Positions 21,937 through 33,624 of a stretch of 64,000 nt of DNA are shown one piece after another (the stretch's first letter is position 1; the number at the start of each line of letters is the position of its first letter). Under the pieces are notes generated by a model. That model did not search any database and was not told where the DNA came from. It saw only the letters and a list, made by a program, of their open reading frames with translations. Both the position numbers and the translations under genes were made by a program. The stretch comes from Vermamoeba vermiformis (taxonomy: Eukaryota). Where the stretch lies: positions 124,001 to 188,000 of the forward strand of contig JBEWZL010000209.1 in NCBI GenBank assembly GCA_045837725.1. Reading direction: 5' to 3'.

Positions 21937-24675
21937 TTAATTTACATTTTGTTGCTGTTCCTTCTTCTTTGACCGTTCTTTTGTATACAACTCTTTGACT
22001 TTTTGAAGTGCTGTTATTATGTCCTGGAAGCTTGGTCGCTTGTCTGGATCTGCATCCCAGCCTAAATGAAGATATATTAGCCTGTGTCACACTCCCCGCG
22101 CTCTATTATTGTGCTTACACTTGGTCATGAGCTCTACAAACATGGGCGGACAGTTGGGCGGAATGGTCGGTCTGAGATTGTGCTGCGAGGTCTGAATGAT
22201 GATCTGGAAGTCGTAGCGCAAGTTCTGATGCTCGCTGTAGGGCCGCTGATAGTGTCCCGTCATGCACTTGGTCACGAGCTCCCACAGCACAATGCCAAAC
22301 GAGTACACGTCGGACTTGGTGGTGTACTCGTGCTTGGCGTACACTTCAGGGGCGCTGTACAAGTACGTGCCGCGCAGCTTGGCGAGTGTGGAGTTGTTCT
22401 GCGTGTCGTTGAAGCGTGCCAGCCCAAAGTCCGCGACCTTGACAATCCAGTGCGTGTCCACGAGCAGATTGGAGGCCTTGACATCGCGGTGCAAGATCTG
22501 TGGGCGCCACTGATGCAGCACATTGAGCGCGGTGGCAGTCTCGGTGGCCAGAGTGATCACCACGCCCCAATCGAACTTGAGATTGGTGGCACGTGTCATG
22601 AGATCGAGCAGTGAGCCGTAGGGCACGTATTCAGTGACGAGACAGAGCAGCGGGCGCAGCACACAGCCGTAGAACATGGTCACGTGACTGCCCTTGACGG
22701 CCGCGAGCACATTGAACTCTTGCTCGAACTGCTTGAACTGCGTGTTGTTGGTCTGATCTTTGAGCACTTTGATGCACACATCTTGACCGCGGTATCGGCC
22801 CTTGTACAACATGTGCTTGTCGGACTGCTTCAACTCCTCCAAGAACTCCAGCTCGCTGCCATTGATCTCCCAGTTGTTCTTCAGCACACTCACTGCTGTC
22901 TCGCGGAACTTTTGCGTCATGAACTGCGGCGAGGTCATCAGCTCTGTCATGTGATTCGCACTGCTCGTCGCGTGATTGACAGCTGGTGACACAGTGCCAC
23001 TGCCCTCGCGTGCCTCGACTGCATTCAACATGCCCTGCAATCGCTCCAAGATCTGCGCGAAGGACGGGCGCAGTTCAGGCTCGTGTGCCCAACACGCGGT
23101 CATCAGTGCCACGTACTCGGACTCCACGGCAGTCATTTGCTTCTTGCTCGCCTCGTCGGGCAGGGCAGGGCGCAGCGTGTTCTGCGTGACACCGATGATG
23201 ATCTGCGCCTTGTTCAGACCCTGGTACGGCTCTTGACGCGTCCACAGCTCCCACAGCACAATGCCGTACGAGTACACGTCTGCTTTGGTCGTGTAGCCCT
23301 TGGCTTCAAACACTTCGGGGGCAGTCCACGGCAAAGTGCCACAGAATGTCATGTTCTTGTCTTCGTTGTGAAATTTCGCGAGTCCAAAATCGGTCACTTT
23401 GACGCCGTAGTTCTCATCGACGAGCAGATTGTGGCTCTTGAGATCGCGGTGCATGATCGGCGGGTCAAACAGATGCATGTAGTTCATGCCCTTGGCGGCA
23501 TCGATTGCCATCTTGAGCATCACCTTGTACTCGAGGCTGGTCGTGTTCAGCACATCGCGCAGACTCCCGCGCGGCATGTACTGCGTGACCAGACACAGCT
23601 CCTCCTCGGCCATGCACACACCCATCAGCATCACAATGTTCGGATGGCGCAGCTTCTTCAACATGTTGGCCTCTGCTTTGAACTCGAGCAGCACGTCCTC
23701 GTGCAGCAGGGTGCGGAAGATGCGCTTGACTGCCACGGGGGTCTGGTGCCACTCGGCTAGCATCACTTCACCGCACGAGCCGAAGCCAATGCGCTTCTTG
23801 ATGAGCAGATCACGTGACGAGATCTTCACCGTGTCACCGCTCAGCAAACTGTCGTCACGTGACAGTTTGACACCACGTGATCGCGCGTGTCCGACCGTGC
23901 TGTGGTGCATCACATCGCTCAGGGTCTCGCTCGCCACTTTGCTGCGCTTGGTCTCTTCCTGTTCACTGAACGACAACTTGCGCTTGGTGCCACGTGACAC
24001 CACAGTGGTATTGCTCGAGGCCAGCTCCGTGTTGTGATTGGCAGCCTCGGCGACAGGCTCGTCAGACTCGGTCCAGAGATCAGCACTGGCGCCACACATG
24101 GGCTGCGAGTCCAATCTCTGCGTGGCCTCTTCTTCGCTGCCCATCGTGTGCAGCGTGTGTGGCCCCGGTGTTTGGCGCTCAATGTGCAGGCGATAGCGCC
24201 ACTCACTCACAATGTCCACCAGCGTGATCTCGTCGTAGTCCTTCAGCTCCATCACCTTGCCACTCTCCAGTCGGTGCTTGGTCTTCTCGCCGCGACGATG
24301 GATCGCAGCAGGATTCGCTCCTTTCTAATGACACGTCAGTTGAATGTACGCGCTGCTAATTCTTGGCTTCAAATAAATAATTTTCACATAAATTGGATAG
24401 TACACCAATGCTAAATATGCATAATGACCACTGAAATAATTAGAAAAATATTTTCTTCAAATTGAACAAAAATTCGATCCCCTTACAGCCACGACAGAGA
24501 CAATGCCCTTCTCTTTATTAAACACCAGTTCTATATGAACTCTGCTCAATCGCTTGTCATTGATGCCATTCCATCCTCGGCCAATGTTGTTGCTGCCAGC
24601 AGTCAAGAAGAACGTGGGTTGGTCTGGATCTTTGAGTGCAACGAGATAGGCTTTGAATGAGTCCCGTGTAGACAT
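21937..24675 (-). CDS. FHA (PNKP/aprataxin-type) plus two tandem TKL kinase domains
   Basis: 'IGRGWNGINDKRLSRVH...KGANP'; HRDLKSHN/DFG/APE and HRDVKASN/DFG/APE; last exon about 22061-21937 'CWDADPDKRPSF'. Confidence 0.9.
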
Positions 24676-24846
24676 TGAGCTCAATTCAAAGTCAAGTTCC
24701 AGTTGTTAGTCATGGTTAACAGCACATCAGCAGCACTAAGAATGACAGATCTGCTGCTTTATCAAAATTATTTTTTTTTCCTCTCAACGAGCGCGTGCTT
24801 AACTGAACAGTGCAGTGTCTGCGACTATTGACATATAATACACCTC

Positions 24847-26323
24847 ATGTGGCACAAGATTGTTCCCAGCACTAATCGCTTGCGCGCTGTGCTCAAGTGC
24901 AGCAGCAACAAGAAGGTGCGTTGAAGATGTGATCTGTTTCGATCAGCAGCTCAATTAACAGTCGTATTACCTATAACAGGTTGTTAGTAATACTACCAGC
25001 ATCTTTTTATTGAAGTCTAAGAGAGCTTATTGCACTCCTGGTCCTAAAGAGGTACAATCCTTGGTGTTAAACTCATCCTTTATCACTTGCTTGCTTCCGT
25101 ATATATATACGTTTAATATATTTAACAGCGTATCAATAGTCATAATCAGTCATATTCCTTGTGCATAATACAACTTTAATACTGATTTTTTCGATTAATT
25201 TTCATAATTATCAACAATTAGCTCAAAATGTGACTGGAATGCAAGGCAGTCCTACACAATAGCGCGCATATAAATAATAAAATTAAAATATCGCCCTTTG
25301 ATAAAGCAACGCCACTAACCCTGTGCGTTTGATCAGGTGACGGTTCGTGATGCCCTCAACATGGCTTTGGATGAGGAACTCGCGCGTGACCCGAAAGTGT
25401 TCTTGATGGGCGAAGAAGTTGCGCTCTACAACGGTGCTTACAAGGTGTCTAAGGGCCTCCACGCCAAGTACGGCTCAGATCGCATTATCGACACTCCGAT
25501 CACTGAATCTGGCTTCACCGGTCTCGGAGTCGGAGCAGCCATGGGTGGCACTAGACCCGTGATTGAGTTCATGACCTGGAACTTTGCTCTGCAAGCGATT
25601 GATCACATTGTGAACACAGCGGCCAAGACGCGCTACATGAGTGGCGGCAACTTCGAGCTGCCCATCACATTCCGCGGTCCCAATGGTCCCCCAACTGCTG
25701 TCGCGGCACAACACTCGCAGTGCTTTGCGGCCTGGTACTCGTCACTCCCGGGCATCAAGGTCGTGGCCCCCTACTCGGCTGAAGATGCCAAGGGTCTGTT
25801 GAAGAGCGCTATTCGCGACAACAACCCCGTGGTGGTGCTCGAGAACGAGCTGTGCTACAACTACAAGTTCCCGCTCAGCGTCGAGGCTCAGAGCGCTGAC
25901 TTCTTGGTGCCGATTGGCAAGGCGAAGATTGAGCGTCAGGGCAGCGATGTGACGGTGATTACACACAGCAGATTGGTGGGTGAAGCGATCAAGGCCTCCG
26001 ATCAGCTCAAGGGCGAGGGCATCAGCGTGGAGGTGATCAACTTGCGCACGATCAGACCGCTGGATCTGGACACGATCATTGCCTCGGTGAAGAAGACTGG
26101 TCGCGTGGTCACTGCCGAAGAAGGATTCGTGCAGTGCGGTGTGGGCGCAGAGATTGCAGCGCTGTTGATGGAGCACTGCTTCGATTACCTCGATGCCCCC
26201 GTAGAACGAGTGGCAGTGGCTGATGTGCCCATGCCCTACGCCAAGTCCATTGAAGATCTGGCCATTCCGCAAGCACACAACATTATCAATGCGATCAAGC
26301 GCGTCACTTACCGCAGCAAATAA
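24847..26323 (+). CDS. PDHB: Pyruvate dehydrogenase E1 beta subunit, mitochondrial
   Basis: '[14 protein letters not shown]...[17 protein letters not shown]...[10 protein letters not shown]...FRGPNG...AQHSQ'; presequence in two short exons. Confidence 0.97.
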
Positions 26324-26573
26324 GAGAGCTATGTAGCTGATTGAAAGATATGTAATAAACTAATCGTGAGTAACAACACCGCGGTCCAAATGAGGGTGCT
26401 CGTGCTAGGATGGACTCATATCTATTTGATGGACTCCGCAGTCGAGTGACGGAGGAGAGATTTATTCCGCAAAGAGTAAGTAATCGTGACAAAATTAGAC
26501 GTAAACACCTCGTGTGGGTGTGAATCGAGGGGCGCATATATTTAACAAGAAGAGAGAGTACAAAGCCCACTGC

Positions 26574-28064
26574 TTAGTATCTGTAGTGGTTGGGCTTGTA
26601 AGGACCAGAGGTGTTGACACCGAGGTAGTCAGCTTGACCGCTGGTGAGCGTGGTCAACTTGACACCCAAGTGTTCCAAGTGCAAGCGAGCGACTTCTTCG
26701 TCGAGCTCCTTGGGCAAGAAGTGCACACCAATGGAGTACTTGGCGGGCTCGGTCCAGAGAGCGATTTGAGCGAGGGTCTGGTTGGTGAATGAAGAGCTCA
26801 TGACGAACGAAGGGTGACCGCTGGCACAGCCCAAGTTGACCAAGCGACCTTGAGCGAGCAAGATGACGTGACGACCGTTGGCAAGAGTGTAACGATCAAC
26901 TTGAGGCTTGATGTTGACCTTCTTGGTGGCGTTGGCGTTGAGCCACTTGACGTCAATTTCGAGATCGAAGTGACCAATGTTGCAGAGAATGGCGTTGTCG
27001 TGCATCACAGCCATGTGTTCACCGCGAATAACGTCCTTGCAGCCAGTAGCAGTGACGAAGATTTGACCTTGAGGAGCGGCCTCGTCCATAGTCACGACTT
27101 GGAAGCCTTCCATGGCAGCTTGGAGAGCGTTGATCGGATCGATTTCAGTGACCAAGACGCGAGCTCCCATACCCTTGAGGGATTGAGCGCAGCCCTTGCC
27201 GACATCACCGTAGCCAGCAACAACGGCGACCTTACCGGCAATCATGACGTCGGTGGCGCGCTTGATGCCGTCCAAGAGGGATTCACGGCAACCGTACAAG
27301 TTGTCGAACTTGGACTTGGTGACACTGTCGTTGACGTTGATGGCGGGGACCTTCAACTTGCCCTTCTCCAACATCTTGTACAAGTTGTGGACACCAGTGG
27401 TAGTTTCTTCGGAGATACCTGATGAGAAAAAAAATATCAGCGCCGATTCTAATATTAAATCGTACTGCGATGGTATTAATTAATTGTCGGGGCATCATTC
27501 CCATCTTTAAAGCGATAATTGGAATTATCGGATTGGGATTCGCATCTCGGGTTTAATTAAAATAATTCTCTTACCCTTAATCTCAGAGAGCAATTCGGGG
27601 TAGCTCTCGTGAACGAGGTTGGTCAAATCACCACCGTCGTCCAAAATCATGTTGAGGGGCTGGCCATCCTTGAAGATCAAGGTTTGCTCGATGCACCACA
27701 AGTACTCCTCTTCAGTTTCGTTCTTCCAAGCATAGACAGGAGTGCCAGCAGCAGCAATAGCAGCAGCGGCGTGGTCTTGAGTGGAGAAGATGTTGCAGCT
27801 GGACCATTGAACATCAGCACCGAGTTCGATCAAAGTCTCGATCAGAACGGCGGTTTGGATCGTCATGTGCAAACAGCCAGCAATACGAGCACCCTTCAAG
27901 GGCTTCTTGGGGCCGTACTTGGAGCGCAAAGCCATCAAGCCAGGCATTTCCTTCTCGGCGAGCTCGACTTCCTTGCGACCCCATTCGGCCAACTTGATGT
28001 CGGCGACCTTGTAGTCGGGCTTGTTCTTCAACTTCTCTCTCAACAAAGTGACGGTGGCGGACAT
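26574..28064 (-). CDS. AHCY: S-adenosylhomocysteine hydrolase, one intron
   Basis: '[16 protein letters not shown]', '[15 protein letters not shown]', '[14 protein letters not shown]', 'GYGDVGKG'. Confidence 0.98.
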
Positions 28065-28240
28065 GACTGGTTTGATGTTGTCTACGTGAATAAGTAACAG
28101 AGACAAATGATCACGAGCGGTGCGTTGATTTTTTAACAGGTCTGAATGAGGCACGTGACCTCGCTCCAATCACTGCGCACCGCACTCGAACAAACAATTC
28201 TCTCCCGCATAGTCGCGCACTCTACCTTACATACGGAACC

Positions 28241-29224
28241 ATGGCATTTGTTCTCCGTTCTTTGGTTTCTCGTGCCTTTTACTCGCGGATCGTGCGATCT
28301 GATCGGGTCCGAAAGAACGTGACTTCATTGTGGTCTAGTCGTCGCACTGGCAGCAGACTATTAAGTACACATCATGGAGATCATACTGGTCCTAATCAAG
28401 GGGTGCAATGTCACTTCAATCCGAATAAATTCAGCTGCTTCAAGTGCTGGTCGTGCGAGCATGTAGCACACGAATACAGCTTCTTCTGTCATCACTGCAA
28501 CACGGTGCAACCTCCGTGCAAGCACTGCAATTATTTTGAATATTTCAATTGGTAGGGCCCTCGTATTATTAATAACTTAGTTGCACTTAACGTTCTGAAA
28601 CACTTTCACATTATTAATAACTGCTTGGATAGTATATTAATATTACAAATATTAGTCCCACTACATTTGACTTGGATGTCGATCGCCTAGCTGCTCGTTA
28701 CAAAGATCTGCAACGACATTTACACCCGGATATCTTTAGTAAAAAGAGCAAGGTAAATAATATTATTGAATACTCTGATCGCTTACACCTCTACTAGGAA
28801 GAGCAGATCTTATCGCTTGAACAGTCAGCAATGGTGAACGACGCGTACAAGATCCTGAAGCAGCCTTACACACGCGCTGCGTATTTGGTAAGGCCTAAGT
28901 TTTCACTACAATCGACACCGTATTAACACAGCACAGCTCAAACTGCACGGTGTAGAAGTAGATCAAGAAAATCAATCAATTTCAGATCCAGAACTCTTGG
29001 GCGCTGTCATGGACTTGCGCGAGGCTATTGAAGAGGCAGAGAGCATCCCTCAGATCAATGATATTGCCTCGCACATCGCGGCCAAGAATGACGAGTGCAT
29101 TGTAGCGTTAAAAGACGCCTTTGCCACGTTGGATCTGGATCGAGCACGCGAGTGGACGATAACGCTCAAATACTACACCAAACTGCAAGAGGAGGTCGAA
29201 AATAAGAAACTGCGCATCCGATAG
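28241..29224 (+). CDS. HSCB: Fe-S cluster co-chaperone HscB/HSC20/Jac1
   Basis: CWSC...CHHC motif, J-domain 'LQRHLHPD', 'VNDAYKILKQPYTRAAYL'. Confidence 0.9.
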
Positions 29225-29395
29225 TGTCTGTAGTATTGTATAATAGTGTTTGTGTGTTAAATAGTGCATTAAGACAATTCTGCGGTGAATTATTCTATAT
29301 TTGCAACGACTGCGAGCACCACGCATTGTTATTAGAGCACTGACTTTGAAGCTTATTTGTTGCAAATAACATACATACAACTAGCTACTGACATC

Positions 29396-30268
29396 ATGGA
29401 GAGTGCTGGTCAAGACACGTCAAATCTAATGGAAATAATTATCAAGCACAACAAAGACGAGCATAAAATTAAAATATCACCTAAGGCTACATTGAATGAA
29501 TTGCGCAAGTCTATTCAAGATGTCACGCAAATTCTGCCTGGTAATTAATATTTTTAATTTGAAAATTTTTCTTTAGAATTTGCAGCAGATCTGAGAATAA
29601 CGCAATATTGACTGACAGGTCTGCAAAAGTTGATGTTTAAAGGAATATTGAAGGGCGAGGACAAGACCCTCGATGAGCTCGGTGTCAAGCCCAATACGCG
29701 GATCATGGTGGTCGGCTCGTCGCTGCAAGAAGTGATGAGCTTGAGTGCTGGTCCAACGCCTGAAGAGAAGAAGAAGCTCGAAGAGGAGCCTGCGAACACC
29801 AACCCTCTCAGCGAACAACTCGTAAGTAGCGTCACGTACTGGAAATTGAATGCGTGGACTGACTGGATGTAGCCGCACAAGAAAATCATCGACAAGGGCT
29901 TGCCTGAAGGTGCAGACAAGGGCTACAAGGGCCGTAATGTACGCACTACACACCACGCACGACAACACTAACGCAATGCACAGGATCCGCTGCCGCAGAA
30001 TGGAGTGCAAGCGCTGTACAACAGCCGCGGCACCAAAGTGCGTCTGTCGTTCAAAGTGTTCGCGGGGGAGCTGTGGATCAGCAGCGCGACTGACACGCAG
30101 AAGCTCATGTTCGCGCAGATCAAGAGCATTCACAACGAGCCCATCAAGGGCAATGAGGACTATCACATCATCAGTCTGCAGGTCGGAGCCAGTGAGAACT
30201 CGCGCATCTATTTGTACTTTGTGCCCGCGCAGTACGTCAAGGCCATCAAGGACACCATTCTGTTCTAG
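29396..30268 (+). CDS. UBFD1: Ubiquitin-domain protein UBFD1-like
   Basis: UBL 'LQKLMFKG...RIMVVGS', 'LYNSRGTKVRLSFK', 'YLYFVPAQYVKAIKDTIL'. Confidence 0.85.
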
Positions 30269-30448
30269 ACCTCTGTTTGACACGTGTCATTCACGCACTT
30301 GTACAGTTCCATTCTTGTAAAGTTAAGCTTGCCGCACATTGAATTCGAGTTTTATTCGAGGTAGTAATAGTACAAAAAAAAACAACAAAATGACAATTAA
30401 ACAGCAAGTATTCACAATTAACGAGTGCTATGTACAAATAAGGCAAGT

Positions 30449-32590
30449 TCACATGGGCCGCTGGTCCGGGTTCATGGGAATTTGTTTCGGGACATTCTGC
30501 GCAGGGGCAGTCAAATAGGGCTGCGGGGGTGCGGTGCGATTTGGCGGCATAGTGCCAGCAGTGGGTGGCCCTGGTCGATAGCCCGTGGGACTGGGCACGG
30601 CTTGATTCCAAATTAGGCGCGCAGGGTTCTTCGCATTGGGTGGCATGGGCGGGGGATTGGGCGAGGGCGCGACGTTGTTGTGCCACTTCATGTTGCTCGG
30701 ACGCGAGGGCAGTGGCGCAGTGCCAGTGGGATAGGGACCAGGCGCAGACGGGTTGACACCTGATGGCACCGTGCCTTGCGGACCACGTGCGGGGGTCTGA
30801 CTCGGCGCAGGTCCGGGTTTGGGCGGGGACGGGTACGGCATCGCAGCACCGCTCGGGGACTGGTAGGTGTGGGGCTCGGGTGGCGGATTGGACGCGTGTG
30901 AGGGCGCAGGATAGGGACCCGTGTTGATCATCATGGGCCCTGGTGCAGTGTTCGGGGCATTCATTGCGGGGTTCTGCGAGGGCGGGAAATAATTCGGACC
31001 GGAGCTTGGGTTCATGGAGGGTGCTTTGGGATAGCCAGCGGTGGGGAATGGTGCGGGGTAGGGCGCGGGAGTGGGGCCAGTGGGCTTGGTTTGATCGAAG
31101 GGATAGGAGGGTGCAGTGCCGTAGGGGGAGGGCGGGGCAAAGGGTGAAGTCGGGGGACCTGCAACGGGGAAATTGATCGAGTGCGAGGTCATGCCGGGCT
31201 GTGGCTTGACAGGAGGTGCTGCGTACGAGCCTGTGGGTGGCATGCCCGGTCCAGGCATCATTTCCTTTTTGGGCTTGACATCCATCTCGCGCGGAGGACC
31301 AGGCTGCTGTTTGACAGGCCACTCGGGGTAATTGAACGCCGCTTGTGACTGCGGTGCGTGCGTGAGTGAGAGCGGCGTGTGCGCAGAGCTCTGTTGCGGC
31401 ATGAATTCAATGCGGAAGTCGTGCCAGTCCAGACACTCGTACGTCTGACTCGGCACGCGATCGTAGAGCTCGCTGAGTGTCTTGTCGCGGAAGTGCAGCT
31501 GCGGCAGTGGCATTCTGTTGGGCAGTGGCACGAGACTCAAGAACACGGCGTCGATGTTCTGCGTGCTCGGGGCTGGTGCAGTGCTCGCAGTGACAGGTGT
31601 CACTTGACTTGGTTTGACACTCGCTTGACTAGGACTCTTCTTGGTGTTCTGACTCGGTGTTGAGGTGCTGCTATTATTAGCGCCGCTGTTGCTCGAAGTC
31701 AGCGCGCGTCGTTTGCGCACAGGCTTCTCGTCCTCGTCCTCGTCACTCTCTTCGCTCTCACTGCCGCGGCGCGTGGACTTCTTGCGCTTGTTGTTTGCAG
31801 ATGGATCCACGCTCTTCTTTGCAGGCACGCGCTTCTTGCTGGTCTCGCTGCTGGCAGTCAAGACTTTGCGGTTCTTTTCGTCCTCGTCGTCGTCCTCGCC
31901 CACAAACAGCATGCCCTGTGCAATGGCCTGTTCGAGACTGGGCTGTGACTTGTCGCGCTTGATCTTCTGCGTCACGCTGGTGTAGTATTTCCTTAAATAG
32001 ACATTCGACTTCTGCTTCAGCTTGGCACGTGACAGCACGCAGGCCGGACAGTACCACTTGGGCACTTCAGCGACCTGTTCGAGTGAGAGTGCGGAGGGCA
32101 GACAGTAGGTGTGACGGCCCTTGTTGCAGCCGTCGCAGATGAGCAGTTCTTGCGCGCTGTCGCCACTGCCGCACTGCTCGCACATCACCGTCTCCGGATC
32201 CACCCACTGTTGCGCACCTGTCGCGTCACGTGTCTTGGGCGCACTCGTGCCACCACGTGTCACGTGCGAGGGTTGTGGTGGCACTACGGTCGGGGCTGGC
32301 GCGCGTCGCACTTTGTTGGGCACGGGAGATGTGGCTCGGAAACTGGAGAGACCGGGCATCAAGGGCGACACCTCGGGCTCGGGTGCGAGGTCCATGGACA
32401 TGTGCGATCGATCGAAGTACGAGGTGTCTGCGTCGTCGAACAGGCCTTGACTGGGACCGAATGAATCCATCATGTCAAAGGTCGATCTGTCGTCCACGCC
32501 TTGATCGATGCCAAATCCCGACAAGGACATTACGCCACCCCTGTCGTTGTCACCACCGAGGTGGTAGTCGGCGAGGCCGGAATCCATCAT
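30449..32590 (-). CDS. PHD-finger protein with Pro-rich C-terminus
   Basis: C4HC3 'CEQC...LLICDGCNKGRHTYCL...WYCPAC'; probable 5'UTR intron about 32600-32830. Confidence 0.85.
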   Translation of the reverse strand: MMDSGLADYHLGGDNDRGGVMSLSGFGIDQGVDDRSTFDMMDSFGPSQGLFDDADTSYFDRSHMSMDLAPEPEVSPLMPGLSSFRATSPVPNKVRRAPAPTVVPPQPSHVTRGGTSAPKTRDATGAQQWVDPETVMCEQCGSGDSAQELLICDGCNKGRHTYCLPSALSLEQVAEVPKWYCPACVLSRAKLKQKSNVYLRKYYTSVTQKIKRDKSQPSLEQAIAQGMLFVGEDDDEDEKNRKVLTASSETSKKRVPAKKSVDPSANNKRKKSTRRGSESEESDEDEDEKPVRKRRALTSSNSGANNSSTSTPSQNTKKSPSQASVKPSQVTPVTASTAPAPSTQNIDAVFLSLVPLPNRMPLPQLHFRDKTLSELYDRVPSQTYECLDWHDFRIEFMPQQSSAHTPLSLTHAPQSQAAFNYPEWPVKQQPGPPREMDVKPKKEMMPGPGMPPTGSYAAPPVKPQPGMTSHSINFPVAGPPTSPFAPPSPYGTAPSYPFDQTKPTGPTPAPYPAPFPTAGYPKAPSMNPSSGPNYFPPSQNPAMNAPNTAPGPMMINTGPYPAPSHASNPPPEPHTYQSPSGAAMPYPSPPKPGPAPSQTPARGPQGTVPSGVNPSAPGPYPTGTAPLPSRPSNMKWHNNVAPSPNPPPMPPNAKNPARLIWNQAVPSPTGYRPGPPTAGTMPPNRTAPPQPYLTAPAQNVPKQIPMNPDQRPM

Positions 32591-33469
32591 CAGTATGACC
32601 TTTGAAAGATTTGATCAGACAAAATGTTCTCCGGTTGCTTGCAGTTGCAACGGAATTTTAAAAAACGTATTGTTATTAATATATCTCCTATTGTGATGGT
32701 TATTTAAATTATCGCGACGATTTTTGGATGTGGAGGAATTGCGTTTAATTTCTTAATTTCTGCCAAGATCACCGCTAATTCATCGAGCAAATAGCTTATT
32801 GTAATATCCATAATTATCTAATATACGTACTGTAGTCTAGTTAGCGGTTATTTGCTGTTTCGGTTCGTAAGATGAAAAGAATCTGTCACTGATTCGCTAA
32901 GTGTCGCGAGGGTCAGAGACAAGAGCTCAATTATGATAACTACAAGATCATGCACTACGATATACAATATTTAAGGCTGGTCTGTTAGTGCACAGACTGC
33001 TGTTGGCTGAATAAATTTTGCGTTCGCTGTGCCAACTAATTTGTTAACAAGAATTTCGCTCCTTATTTGGAAAAAGAATACTTGCAAGAACACGGAGCGA
33101 ACGGCCACACAATTTTGCGTGTAATTGCGATGGAACGGTGGGCTTGGTCGCAGGACTCTTTAGATCACGTTCCCGGTGATTTGACGCCGAAATGAAGAAT
33201 GCCGTACGAGGTGCCATAGCACTTGTTCGAACAAATGGAGTTATAGTATGGAGAATCGACTTTAGGCACCGTCGTTCAGATAGTCCAGCCTGGCCAGACT
33301 GAAGAGCTCTTGCTGATCGAAGCGAGAATTTAACTTGCGTGCTAACTTAACCGACCAGACCATTTCATTGCTATATGACGATGGCTTATGTCATATCTAC
33401 ATGTCTCGTAATTATTCATCGATCACCAAGCAAAACCGCCAACCATCAAAATTTCCCTCCTAAACGAAG

Positions 33470-33529
33470 CCCGCCAAATACCGCTCAAGTGACCGTTTTT
33501 GGTTTTTGAATTTTTTCCCGCGATTTGAA
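33470..33529 (+). promoter_or_regulatory. Cluster of E2F-like, CHR-like and MYB/MSA-like sites
   Basis: CCCGCCAAA 33470, CCGTT 33493, TTTGAA 33505 and 33524, TTTTCCCGCG 33513. Confidence 0.45.
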
Positions 33530-33624
33530 ATTAATTTAGTTAATAGTCATCGCCTTGTTATTACCACTAGTGTGGGGCATATGCTTTATATTGTAATCGG
33601 TTGACGTCGTTTTTGAATGCAGAG

